From the NCBI GenBank assembly GCA_963666315.2, contig CAXXHG010000043.1, forward strand, positions 320,001 through 384,000: 64,000 bases of DNA, in the 5' to 3' direction. Under the pieces are notes generated by a model that worked only from the letters and a program-made list of their open reading frames with translations, was not told the DNA's origin and ran no database searches. Positions 1-8,947 of this stretch are shown one piece after another (position 1 is the stretch's first letter; every line of letters begins with the position of its first letter). The DNA is from Candidatus Binatia bacterium. GTDB lineage: Bacteria > Desulfobacterota > Binatia > Bin18. A program made the position numbers and the translations under genes.

Positions 1-9
1 TCACGGGGT

Positions 10-225
10 ATGATTGCCCTTGCTGCTGGTCTTTGTATTGGTATTGCGGCAGTTGGTGCGGGATTGGGCCAGGGGCGTGCGGTGGCCGCCGCCATGGAAT
101 CCATTGGTCGCAATCCAAACTCGGCTGACCGGATCCAGACCCCGATGATCATCGGTATCGCCTTTATTGAGGCGCTGGCCATTTATGCTTTAGTTATTGC
201 CTTTACGCTATCTGGAAGCGTATAA
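10..225 (+). CDS. atpE: ATP synthase F0 subunit c (true start may lie upstream of the window)
   Basis: GxGxGxG glycine zipper (GAGLGQG), RNP loop and conserved carboxylate in FIEALAIY. Confidence 0.95.
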   Translation: MIALAAGLCIGIAAVGAGLGQGRAVAAAMESIGRNPNSADRIQTPMIIGIAFIEALAIYALVIAFTLSGSV

Positions 226-248
226 TTCCCTAACCGATAGGAGAGACG

Positions 249-277
249 AGGGGCGCAGCATGCTGCGCCCTTTTTTT
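249..277 (+). terminator. Intrinsic terminator after atpE
   Basis: Perfect palindrome GGGCGCAGCATGCTGCGCCC (251-270) followed by T7. Confidence 0.85.
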
Positions 278-1676
278 ACAATAAATGCTGCCCCAGCCGA
301 ATGACCGAAAAGACAGCAAAGACAATATAGAAGCAGCTAATCGCAACTAACAGGGCCGTTTTTGCCGGACCTGGCCGCAATGCTGGAGGAAGCAGTTTCC
401 GATTGATTACGAGTATCAGTGGTGTGTAGATTGCCATCGCAATCCCGCCAAAGAAGGCTGATCCCATCAGAAAGAGAAGGGGCGGAAGGCTTTCATACAG
501 ATAGGTCAAGAAAGTCCCAACTACAATCCAGCCGACCGCGATCACGCCATACCACCAGCTCAATGGCTTCTTCTGGGCCCAGGCGTAGTTGGTATGCAAA
601 ATATCCGCACCCGAACGGGCTACTCCATCGATCAAGGTGAGTTGGGTGCTGAACAAACACCCAATACCAACCAGCAGGAAGAGAATTTTTCCGAGCACGC
701 CTCCCAGACTGCCTAGAATCTCTGCCTCTTCCCACACCAGCATCTCCTGGCTAGGCACAATGCCTTGCGGGTGCAGAACCGCCAGTGCGCCAAAGATAAA
801 CAACACAATGGTGAAGGTATTCAGCAACCAGAAAAACAAAATTTGGTCTACATACAAATGTCTAAACCATTCGCGCCAGCGGACCAGGTTGGGCTCGGTT
901 GTGTCAATCTGGAATGCCTGCTCTGACACCACTTCCTCTTTGTCGCGGAGCGGGTTCACGACCTTGGGCATAAGCGCGCCCATCCCCCAGCCCTTGTCGC
1001 GGATATAGAATGAGAAAAAGAGGTTGGCGGTGCCGCCAGCACCGGCAAAGACGATAGAGGAGAACAGAATATAGGTCGGCATATCGGGATGCTTAAACGG
1101 GAAGTTCAGCATCCCGCGCCCCAGCTCCGCCCAGGTTTCCCTATTTCCAACAACAAACGCAACCAGCACGAGGCCTACTGTGACCAAGACAACGAGGACT
1201 TCTGTCGTTTTCTCAACGGAGGCATATATGCGTTTTGGTCCGAACAGTACAAAGGCAACCCCAAGAAACGTAATAGCCGTCCATATCCACGGATCACCCC
1301 AACCGTTTGGCCCGACTAATAAGGCTTTGAGTGCCCCGCCGCAGGCACGCGCCCAGCCGGGCAGAATCCAGCCCACTATATTGAGAACAATGAAGATCCA
1401 AGCAAAGTGACGTGAGACTCTGCTAAAGCCGGCGTAAATACTCTCACCTGTAGCGAGGGTATAACGCCCAATCTCGCAGTTGATCCAAAATTGCAGAAAG
1501 ATCCCCAACAGGGCGGCCCAGGTCATGCCGGCCCCGAATTGAGCGGTATTCCGAGGCCAGACGATCAGCTCGCCCGCACCAATAGACAGTCCTACGAGAA
1601 CTGCCCCAGGCCCAGCAAGTTTCCAAAATCCTCTCGCTTTTGGTGGCAGGTCTGCGGTTTGAAAGGCTAGTGGCAT
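276..1676 (-). CDS. Nramp-family-like (APC superfamily) membrane transporter
   Basis: 466 aa, about 11 hydrophobic segments, N-terminal GPGAVLVGLSIGAGE motif. Confidence 0.75.
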   Translation of the reverse strand: MPLAFQTADLPPKARGFWKLAGPGAVLVGLSIGAGELIVWPRNTAQFGAGMTWAALLGIFLQFWINCEIGRYTLATGESIYAGFSRVSRHFAWIFIVLNIVGWILPGWARACGGALKALLVGPNGWGDPWIWTAITFLGVAFVLFGPKRIYASVEKTTEVLVVLVTVGLVLVAFVVGNRETWAELGRGMLNFPFKHPDMPTYILFSSIVFAGAGGTANLFFSFYIRDKGWGMGALMPKVVNPLRDKEEVVSEQAFQIDTTEPNLVRWREWFRHLYVDQILFFWLLNTFTIVLFIFGALAVLHPQGIVPSQEMLVWEEAEILGSLGGVLGKILFLLVGIGCLFSTQLTLIDGVARSGADILHTNYAWAQKKPLSWWYGVIAVGWIVVGTFLTYLYESLPPLLFLMGSAFFGGIAMAIYTPLILVINRKLLPPALRPGPAKTALLVAISCFYIVFAVFSVIRLGQHLL

Positions 1677-1795
1677 ATGAGGCGGGCTACTGTCTTAAGT
1701 CCGGTACTGTCCAGCCGGAGCCAACATCACAAACTTGACGGTGAGAGGGCTAGAGTGCGGGGAGTCGAAAAGAAAGGCGTCCCTTACAGGATGCA

Positions 1796-2875
1796 TTAGA
1801 CATACCCCTGCTGGTGTAGATATTCTGCCGTAAGCACCGCGCCCTTGGCTGCCCCCATCTTTGTATTGTGACTCACCAGGACGTATTTGACCGCATTGTC
1901 GAGCGTGTGGTCTGGACGCAGACGACCGACTGACGTGGCCATGCCGTCTTCCGCATCACGGTCAAGACGAGGCTGGGGGCGAAATGGGTCATCGTGTACG
2001 ATGATCATGTGCTGCGGAGAAGACGGGAGCTCCAGCTGGATAAACTCTTTGCCAAATCCGATCATGGCTGCTCGTACGTCATCGACAGAGCAGGGTTGCT
2101 GCATAGAAGCCAGCATCGCTTCGGTATGACCTTCAAGAACAGGCACCCGGGTACACGTCGCGCTGACGAGAAAGTCTGCCGGTGTAATAGCCCCGCTGTC
2201 GAACGTCCCCAAAATCTTGTGATTTTCCTTTTCGACTTTTTCTTCTTCACCGGGAATAAACGGAATGACGTTGTCTATGGTGTCCATCCCCATAACACCA
2301 GGTGAACGACCCGCGCCAGACAGACCTTGCATAGATGTCATAATGACTTTCTGAAGACCAAATTGGTCAAATAATGGTTTCAGCGTAATTGCCAGTCCAA
2401 TGGTGGTACAGTTAGGCTGAGTGACAATATAACCTCGCCAGCCGCGCTTTTTCTTTTGGGTATCAATCAACTGAATGTGGTCGAGATTAACGCCTGGAAT
2501 CAGTAGCGGAACATCTGCCTCATAACGAAAGGCTGAGGCCGTGCTGACCACTGGTGTTGTCTTAGCGTACAGCGGCTCAAGGTCTCGGGCTGGCCCCGAT
2601 TCAACGGCCGTGAAGACAAGGTCTATCCCGTCAAGGTTGAGCGACGAGGCTTCATGCACAGGCAGCATCAATGTTCGTGGAGGTGGTTCTTCCTGACACC
2701 ACCAGCGTCGTTCTCCTGTTTTTGGGTCACGAATGGCTTCTGCATAGCTTTTGCCTGCCGAGCGTTCTGAGGCAGCGAGCAGGACAACTTCAAACCAGGG
2801 ATGGTTTTGAAGAGCAACCAGGAATTGCTGGCCGGCAATCCCGGTTGCCCCAACAATGGCAACACGCTTTTCCAT
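1796..2875 (-). CDS. asd: Aspartate-semialdehyde dehydrogenase (archaeal/fungal-like subtype)
   Basis: GATGIAGQ Rossmann motif, QPNCTT catalytic Cys, QGLSGAG, RVPVLEGH, HNTKMGAAKG. Confidence 0.93.
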   Translation of the reverse strand: MEKRVAIVGATGIAGQQFLVALQNHPWFEVVLLAASERSAGKSYAEAIRDPKTGERRWWCQEEPPPRTLMLPVHEASSLNLDGIDLVFTAVESGPARDLEPLYAKTTPVVSTASAFRYEADVPLLIPGVNLDHIQLIDTQKKKRGWRGYIVTQPNCTTIGLAITLKPLFDQFGLQKVIMTSMQGLSGAGRSPGVMGMDTIDNVIPFIPGEEEKVEKENHKILGTFDSGAITPADFLVSATCTRVPVLEGHTEAMLASMQQPCSVDDVRAAMIGFGKEFIQLELPSSPQHMIIVHDDPFRPQPRLDRDAEDGMATSVGRLRPDHTLDNAVKYVLVSHNTKMGAAKGAVLTAEYLHQQGYV

Positions 2876-2991
2876 AGCAGGTAAATCAACGCGAGGTGGG
2901 TCTACTTGTCAACACCCTACACCGAGCAGTTGACTTCCACAGCACAAGCACGCAGACTTCTAGAACTCCTTTGCGCGCAGGAGCAATACCC

Positions 2992-3075
2992 ACGGCACTT
3001 GAGTATTTTGAAGAATATGGAATCGGCGTGGAGTTTGCGACCAAAGCCCGTACAATTACCGAAGCCGATATCGTC
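2992..3075 (+). pseudogene. 5' relic of a MaoC-family dehydratase
   Basis: AGGAG RBS (2979-2983), ACG in place of a start codon, then ALEYFEEYGIGVEFATKARTITEADIV, matching the MaoC N-terminal pattern YFED..G..F.T..RTITEADIV; truncated just before glcD. Confidence 0.6.
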
Positions 3076-3097
3076 GAGAAAAACAATAGGTATTCCT

Positions 3098-4522
3098 ATG
3101 GATGAAAAAGTTGTGAATCGGCTGTGTGAACTGGTCGGCCCGGATGGGGTGGTGGCCAACAAAAACGCGCTCTCGGTCTATGACTGCGACGGATATACGC
3201 TGGAAAAATCCATCCCTGAGATCGTGGTCCTGCCGCACTCAACCGAAGAAGTTTCAGCGGTTGTTAAATTTCTGAACAAAGAAAAGATCGCCTTTGTTCC
3301 TCGCGGGGCTGGGACGGGACTGAGTGGTGGCTGCCTGCCGGTCGAGGCACCGGTCATGATAGGCACGAGTCGGCTCAATAAGATTGTGCATATCGACGTG
3401 CTGAATCGCTACGTTGTTGCCCAGTCTGGAGTGGTAAACCTGTGGGTGAGTAACGCCGTAAAAGATCAGGGCTTACAGTATGCACCTGACCCGTCTAGCC
3501 AGCAGGCGTGCACCATAGGCGGCAACGTGGCCGAGAACTCTGGTGGTCCACATACGCTCAAATACGGTGTTACGACCAACCATGTGCTAGGCCTGGAAGT
3601 CGTTCTGCCTGATGGAGAAATCGTGACCTTAGGCGGAACTGTGGAAGACGTCCCTGGTTATGACCTGCGCGGCATTACCATTGGTTCAGAAGGTACGTTT
3701 GGCATTGTCACCCAAGCTGCTCTACGACTGACGCGTCAGCCGCAAGCCTACCGGACCTTTCTGGCCGTATTTGAGTCCGTTCACCAGGCAACCCAAACAG
3801 TATCGGGCATTATTTCCTCCGGCATTGTTCCCGCCGCTCTGGAAATGATGGACACGCTTATCATCCAAGCTGTAGAGGAAGCCTTTCATTTCGGCTTTCC
3901 AACCGATGCCGGTGCTGTGCTGATCATCGAAATTGACGGCCTTACCGCCAGCCTTGATCCGCAGACAATCAAGATTCAGGACGTTTGTAAGCAGAATAAC
4001 GCCCGTGAGGTCCGTATCGCCCGCGACGATGCCGAACGTATGGCGTTATGGAAGAGTCGTAAGCGTGCGTTCGGGGCAATCGGGCGTTTATCTCCGAATT
4101 ATTGTACCCAAGATGGTGTTGTCCCCAGAACAAAAATCCCTGAGATTTTGCGGCGTATCATCGCAGTGGCGGACAAGTACCAGCTTCGGATTGCCAATGT
4201 TTTTCACGCCGGAGACGGGAATATTCATCCGATTCTGTTGTATGATGAGCGCGATGCCGACGAAACCCAGCGTGTGGTCAAAGCGGGCCAGGAGATCTTG
4301 GAGGCCTGTATCGATCTGGGTGGAAGTCTGACCGGCGAGCACGGCATCGGCATAGAAAAAATGAACCTGATGCCGCTCATGTTCAGTCCAGAAGATCTTC
4401 TGGTCATGACCCAGCTCCGCTCTGTCTTTAATCCCGATAATCTGTGTAACCCGAACAAGATCATTCCGACACCAGGCGGGTGCATTGATGTCAAAACCCC
4501 TAGACGTCAAGTCCCGCTGTAG
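3098..4522 (+). CDS. glcD: Glycolate oxidase FAD-linked subunit
   Basis: PRGAGTGLSGG, PDPSSQQACTIGGNVAENSGG, HAGDGNIHP, GEHGIG; start taken at ATG 3098 rather than 2906. Confidence 0.9.
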   Translation: MDEKVVNRLCELVGPDGVVANKNALSVYDCDGYTLEKSIPEIVVLPHSTEEVSAVVKFLNKEKIAFVPRGAGTGLSGGCLPVEAPVMIGTSRLNKIVHIDVLNRYVVAQSGVVNLWVSNAVKDQGLQYAPDPSSQQACTIGGNVAENSGGPHTLKYGVTTNHVLGLEVVLPDGEIVTLGGTVEDVPGYDLRGITIGSEGTFGIVTQAALRLTRQPQAYRTFLAVFESVHQATQTVSGIISSGIVPAALEMMDTLIIQAVEEAFHFGFPTDAGAVLIIEIDGLTASLDPQTIKIQDVCKQNNAREVRIARDDAERMALWKSRKRAFGAIGRLSPNYCTQDGVVPRTKIPEILRRIIAVADKYQLRIANVFHAGDGNIHPILLYDERDADETQRVVKAGQEILEACIDLGGSLTGEHGIGIEKMNLMPLMFSPEDLLVMTQLRSVFNPDNLCNPNKIIPTPGGCIDVKTPRRQVPL

Positions 4523-4552
4523 CACGGGATCCTGCCCGAGAAAGCGAGACGC

Positions 4553-5836
4553 ATGAGCGAGGCTGAAGATCGCCAGAAATTTATTATTGATGGGAAAGAA
4601 CCGCAAACGGTTGCCTATCCCACATCCATCGACGAAGTTTCGCAACTTCTCAAAGAGGCGAATGAACAAGGCCGAGCGGTGAGCCCTATTGGGCACGGGA
4701 CGTTTCTGCATATTGGCGGGGTACCGAAACGCTATGATCTGGCGCTTTCCACCAAGGCCCTCAATCATATTGTTGACTACCATCCGATTGACATGACGGT
4801 AAGGGTTGAAGCAGGCATGACCCTGGCTCAGCTCCAAGCGACGCTTGGAGAACATGCTCAGTGGTTACCGCTCGACCCCCCCCTTCCTGAGCGAACGACT
4901 ATCGGCGGGATCATTGCTGCGAATTTGAATGGACCAGCCCGACTCTCCCAAGGGACCGTCCGTGACTTTTTGATTGGTTTGGGAGTCGTTCGGTCGGACG
5001 GGACATTGATCAAAGGTGGCGGCCAGGTGGTCAAAAACGTTGCCGGCTATGATCTGCCCAAGCTGTATTGTGGCTCGTTCGGCACGCTGGGCGTTATTGT
5101 CGAAGCCACTTTTATGGTGCGTCCGCGACCCGAGACGCAAATAACACTGGCATTCACGTTTCCCTCGGCTGAGAAAGCCGGGGAGGCTGCACTCAAGATC
5201 ACAGGCTCAGATTTGCAACCCTTTTTCCTTGAGCTGGCCAATTTCTCTCCTTGGACTCATTCGCCAGATCAGGTAGGCCAAGGGGAGAAAGAGAAGGAAT
5301 ACTGTCTGTTCTTGGGTTTTGCCGGCATCAGAGAAGAGGTGGATGATCAACGCGCACGCATCCGTGACATAATCGGTGAAGGGGAATATCAAGTTGAAGA
5401 GCTGGCGGAAGATACGGCACGGACGCTCTCGCAAACCTTGCGAGATTTTCCTGTATCCGGAAAGGCCGCGTTACGGTGTAAAGTCGGTCTTTTATCAACC
5501 CAGCTGGCAACGTTCTGTGCCGACCTGGATACAGAAGCGCAGCGCCGCCAGATTCCCGGACGTCTCTTAGCCCGGGCGGGCAATGGTGTCCTGTACTGTG
5601 CTTTTGATGCAGAAGCCGTTGCCAACGATCAGCTCTTGGGTCTGGTTGACTGGATACGTGTACATGCAACGCGAAACAATGGATTTGCCGTTGTTGAAGA
5701 GATCGCCTCGGCGCTTAAAGGACGAGCCGATGTGTGGGGTAACGTGGGAAAAGCGTTTCCTCTGATGCGAAAGCTAAAAGAAACCCTTGACCCGAACGGT
5801 ATTTTGAATCCCGGCCGGTTTGTTGGTGGGATATAA
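4553..5836 (+). CDS. glcE: Glycolate oxidase FAD-binding subunit
   Basis: GGQVVKNVAGYDLPKL, DPNGILNPGRF; lies between glcD and glcF. Confidence 0.88.
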   Translation: MSEAEDRQKFIIDGKEPQTVAYPTSIDEVSQLLKEANEQGRAVSPIGHGTFLHIGGVPKRYDLALSTKALNHIVDYHPIDMTVRVEAGMTLAQLQATLGEHAQWLPLDPPLPERTTIGGIIAANLNGPARLSQGTVRDFLIGLGVVRSDGTLIKGGGQVVKNVAGYDLPKLYCGSFGTLGVIVEATFMVRPRPETQITLAFTFPSAEKAGEAALKITGSDLQPFFLELANFSPWTHSPDQVGQGEKEKEYCLFLGFAGIREEVDDQRARIRDIIGEGEYQVEELAEDTARTLSQTLRDFPVSGKAALRCKVGLLSTQLATFCADLDTEAQRRQIPGRLLARAGNGVLYCAFDAEAVANDQLLGLVDWIRVHATRNNGFAVVEEIASALKGRADVWGNVGKAFPLMRKLKETLDPNGILNPGRFVGGI

Positions 5837-7096
5837 ATGGAAAACGTATCTTTTGTTGATCACGAAAAATTCTTTGACTGCGTGCATTGCGGCTTATGCC
5901 TGGCTGCATGTCCGACCTATGTCGAACTAGGCACAGAGATGGACTCGCCCAGGGGGCGTATTGTGATGATGCGTGCGCTCCAGGAGGGACACGCCGAGCT
6001 CAACGAGGAGGTCGTCCATCATCTTGACCTGTGCCTTGGCTGCCTGGCGTGTGAAACAGCCTGCCCGTCCGGGGTGCAGTACGGCAAACTCATCGAGGGT
6101 GCTCGGTCGTTTATCGAGCAGCATTACCATCGGTCGTTGCTCGAGCGGATCAAGCGCTGGACAATGAATAAGGTTTTCCCCAATACGTTGGCCATCCGCC
6201 TCTTCGCCCTGGTCCTGAAGACTGGGGCCGCACTCGGACTTGGCCGTTTTGCTCGGTCAGAAGTGATGCCACCGAAACTGCGCTACTGGTGTAGCCTGCT
6301 GCCGGAGCGCGGAACAGTGTCTTCTGCTTCCCTGCTTGAGCGCTATGCAGCGATTGGTGAGAAACGCTATACCGTCGCCGTCCTCTCTGGCTGTGTGATG
6401 CCGGCTCTATTTGGCGCAACGAATCAGTCCACAGTCAAGGTGCTGCGCCACAACGGCTGCGAAGTCCTTGTCCCCAAGGCTCAATCATGCTGCGGGGCGC
6501 TGCTGCTGCATAATGGCGATAAAGACTCGGCCCTGTCTCTGGCCAAACACAATATTGACGTCTTTAGCAAGCTTGAGTTTGATGCCCTCATCATCAACGC
6601 CGCTGGGTGTGGGGCGATGATGAAAGAGTACGATGACCTGTTCAAACACGATCCTGCCTACCGGGAAAAAGCTGAACGCCTGACGGAAAAAATGAAAGAT
6701 GTGGCCGAGTTTATTGGCAGCCTGCCGCTCAAGACGCCGACGCGTGAGGTGAGAGCGAAGGTCACCTATCATGATGCCTGTCACCTGGCACATGCACAGG
6801 GCGTCCGAGAGCAGCCGCGCGCCTTGCTTCAGCAGATTCCCGGCCTGACACTAACCGAGCTCCCTGAATCGGACTGGTGCTGCGGCAGTGCCGGCACCTA
6901 TAATCTGACCCAACCCGAAATGGCGGCCCAGCTGCTCGAGCGGAAAGTCGGCAATATCCAGACAACCGAGGCCGACGTCGTAGTGACCAGCAATCCGGGC
7001 TGTTTAATGCAGATCCGGGCTGGTCTGCAGCAGCGCGGATTGCCAATAAAAGCCGTGCATGCCATTGATCTGCTGGCTGAGGCCTACGAGGAGTAG
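5837..7096 (+). CDS. glcF: Glycolate oxidase iron-sulfur subunit
   Basis: Two CxxCxxCxxxCP ferredoxin motifs and two CCG domains (CCGAL; YHDACHLAH...CCGSAG). Confidence 0.92.
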   Translation: MENVSFVDHEKFFDCVHCGLCLAACPTYVELGTEMDSPRGRIVMMRALQEGHAELNEEVVHHLDLCLGCLACETACPSGVQYGKLIEGARSFIEQHYHRSLLERIKRWTMNKVFPNTLAIRLFALVLKTGAALGLGRFARSEVMPPKLRYWCSLLPERGTVSSASLLERYAAIGEKRYTVAVLSGCVMPALFGATNQSTVKVLRHNGCEVLVPKAQSCCGALLLHNGDKDSALSLAKHNIDVFSKLEFDALIINAAGCGAMMKEYDDLFKHDPAYREKAERLTEKMKDVAEFIGSLPLKTPTREVRAKVTYHDACHLAHAQGVREQPRALLQQIPGLTLTELPESDWCCGSAGTYNLTQPEMAAQLLERKVGNIQTTEADVVVTSNPGCLMQIRAGLQQRGLPIKAVHAIDLLAEAYEE

Positions 7097-7143
7097 CCTA
7101 CCATCAACTGCAGATTCCCGGCGATGCAAATTGGCAAAGCGGG

Positions 7144-8304
7144 TCACTTCACTTTAAGCATTTCCTGTTCGTCAAAGTCGTATAAGCGGAGACAGTTTTT
7201 CCACATGATCTTTTGTTTTGAGTCTAGTCCCACCCCAGGTAGCTCTAGAAACTCTTTGATCCCGTTCGGGAAAGGACCGTCGGCATGCGGATAATCCACA
7301 GACATGACAATATTATCGTCGCCGACCTTATCGACTGTGACAGCTAAGAGCTCTTCGTCGACGTCAGTACCAATAAAGCATTGGCGCTTAAAATATTCGC
7401 TCGGCTTAGCCGAGAGTTTTATTTCCTCGCCGCCACCATACTTCTTCCACTGGTCGTCGAGACGGTCTAACCACCATGGCAGCCAGCCACAATTGCCTTC
7501 CAGAAAACCTACCCGCAGGTCTGGAAAACGCTCAAGCACACCGCCCACAGTCATGGCACCCATCGCCAGCATCAGCTCCATGGGAAAGGCTGAGGAGTGG
7601 TTCAGCGTCCGGAAATTGGGATGGCCGCGATACCGATTCGTGGCGTAATCCTTAGACGCACCACCGCTGGTCCCGTGGAACGCCAGAGGCACGTTCAGCC
7701 GAGCGATCTCCTTCCACAGCACATCGCACTCGCGAGCGTTGAAATAGCGTCCATTGCAGGGCATGGGCAGGAGCACGACGGCAACATGGCCCTTGTCCTC
7801 TACCGCCCGCCGCGCTTCGGCTGCCGCGAGTTCAGGATCGTGCAGTGAAACAATGGCAGACGCTTTGAGACGCTGCGCGTTAGTCTGACAGTAATCGGCC
7901 AGCCAATCATTAAACGCTGCGCAATACGCAGTAGCATACTCCGGCTCTAAGTCATCAATCGAGACGACCATGTGGGCAAAGGTGCGATAGACAATGCCAA
8001 TATCGATGCCTTCGGCATCCATGGCTTCGAGCGTCGAGGCCGGCTCATACTTGCGCTCACGGACCGACTTATACAAATGCTCGGTTGGTGCGTCGAGGTA
8101 TTTCTGAGCCTTCACGACGTCTTCTGACTGGGCCCAGGGTGGAATCATTTGTCCCTGCACATCCCAATGCGGAAAATTGGTCGGGCTCCAACCCAGGTAA
8201 CGCGGCATCTTGTCACGGTATTTTTCGTCTATGTATTTTTCGTAGACCTCACCCGTCTCAATAACGTGGAGGTCGCTGTCCATGACATGAAAGCCTTCTC
8301 GCAT
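7144..8304 (-). CDS. Amidohydrolase_2 family protein
   Basis: DSDLH metal motif, PLAFHG, FLEGNCGW, SVDYPHAD; probable start MREGFHV at 8304. Confidence 0.88.
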   Translation of the reverse strand: MREGFHVMDSDLHVIETGEVYEKYIDEKYRDKMPRYLGWSPTNFPHWDVQGQMIPPWAQSEDVVKAQKYLDAPTEHLYKSVRERKYEPASTLEAMDAEGIDIGIVYRTFAHMVVSIDDLEPEYATAYCAAFNDWLADYCQTNAQRLKASAIVSLHDPELAAAEARRAVEDKGHVAVVLLPMPCNGRYFNARECDVLWKEIARLNVPLAFHGTSGGASKDYATNRYRGHPNFRTLNHSSAFPMELMLAMGAMTVGGVLERFPDLRVGFLEGNCGWLPWWLDRLDDQWKKYGGGEEIKLSAKPSEYFKRQCFIGTDVDEELLAVTVDKVGDDNIVMSVDYPHADGPFPNGIKEFLELPGVGLDSKQKIMWKNCLRLYDFDEQEMLKVK

Positions 8305-8467
8305 ATTTTTCTGTCCTCTCTGGGGCACAGTGATAATGTCTGACTAACATATCGGTTGTGCCGTTTGGCTCAAGAGGGCCGTCTACCCCCGATGAGCACC
8401 GAGGAGAATGGTCTTTGACGCCGGAATCCGGCACGATTTGGACCTGGAAAAAAGAAAAGAAAGGACA

Positions 8468-8512
8468 TGCCCCCGGCGCGATTCGAACGCACGACCCCCG
8501 GATTAGGAATCC
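8468..8512 (-). pseudogene. 3' half of tRNA-Arg(CCT), att-site-like remnant
   Basis: Minus strand reads GGA-TTCCTAA-TCC (anticodon arm, CCT), GGGGGTC, GTGCG-TTCGAAT-CGCGC (T arm), CGGGGGCA; no D arm or 5' acceptor strand upstream. Confidence 0.8.
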
Positions 8513-8661
8513 ATCCGTCCAAGTTTTGCGCCTATTCTGTGCCCTATTTTATAGGTAGTTAGAGACTAGTGCCGCATTCCTGTCCAGTCACTTGGGTCCA
8601 TTGCTAAGAAACTCCAGGGGCGGTCTCAGAAGGTGGGGCGCGGTCAGATTCTGCTCAAGGC

Positions 8662-8844
8662 AAGGTTGACTGGGCGGTGGAGATGGCGGAACTGCTGCGG
8701 ACACGTTACGCGGACGCGACCAGAGTCCTCTTAGTTTGCAACAACCTGAACACGCACCCGATGGGCACGTTTTACGAAGCGTTTCCCGCCGAGCAAGCCC
8801 GGGAGCTTGTGCGGCGGGTGGAGTTTCGGTACACCCCCAAGTAG
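8662..8844 (+). mobile_element. IS630-family transposase fragment
   Basis: Translates KVDWAVEMAELLRTRYADATRVLLVCNNLNTHPMGTFYEAFPAEQARELVRRVEFRYTPK*, the IS630 DNLNTH...YTPKHGSWLN region with D>N and a premature stop. Confidence 0.8.
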
Positions 8845-8877
8845 GGCTGTTTAGACAATTTAAAGAACGATATGAAC

Positions 8878-8947
8878 GGGTGTTGGGGAGTGGGTATTAC
8901 GGGTTAGTGAAATCCAACCCCCAGCCCCTAAATCCTAATCCCTTTTT
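8878..8947. repeat. Imperfect heptamer-repeat hairpin at the 3' end of the HpaB-like gene (possible terminator)
   Basis: G-rich units (GGGGAGT GGGTATT ACGGGTT) facing C-rich units (AACCCCC AGCCCCT AAATCCT AATCCCT). Confidence 0.45.

Noticed and set aside
10-225. Na+-translocating ATP synthase c subunit
   Set aside because: It has Q and E but reads EA rather than ES/ET at the ion-binding site, so it is more consistent with H+ coupling.
2906-3097. 64 aa N-terminal extension of glcD in the ORF track
   Set aside because: It overlaps the MaoC relic and promoter region; family similarity begins at MDEKVV (3098).
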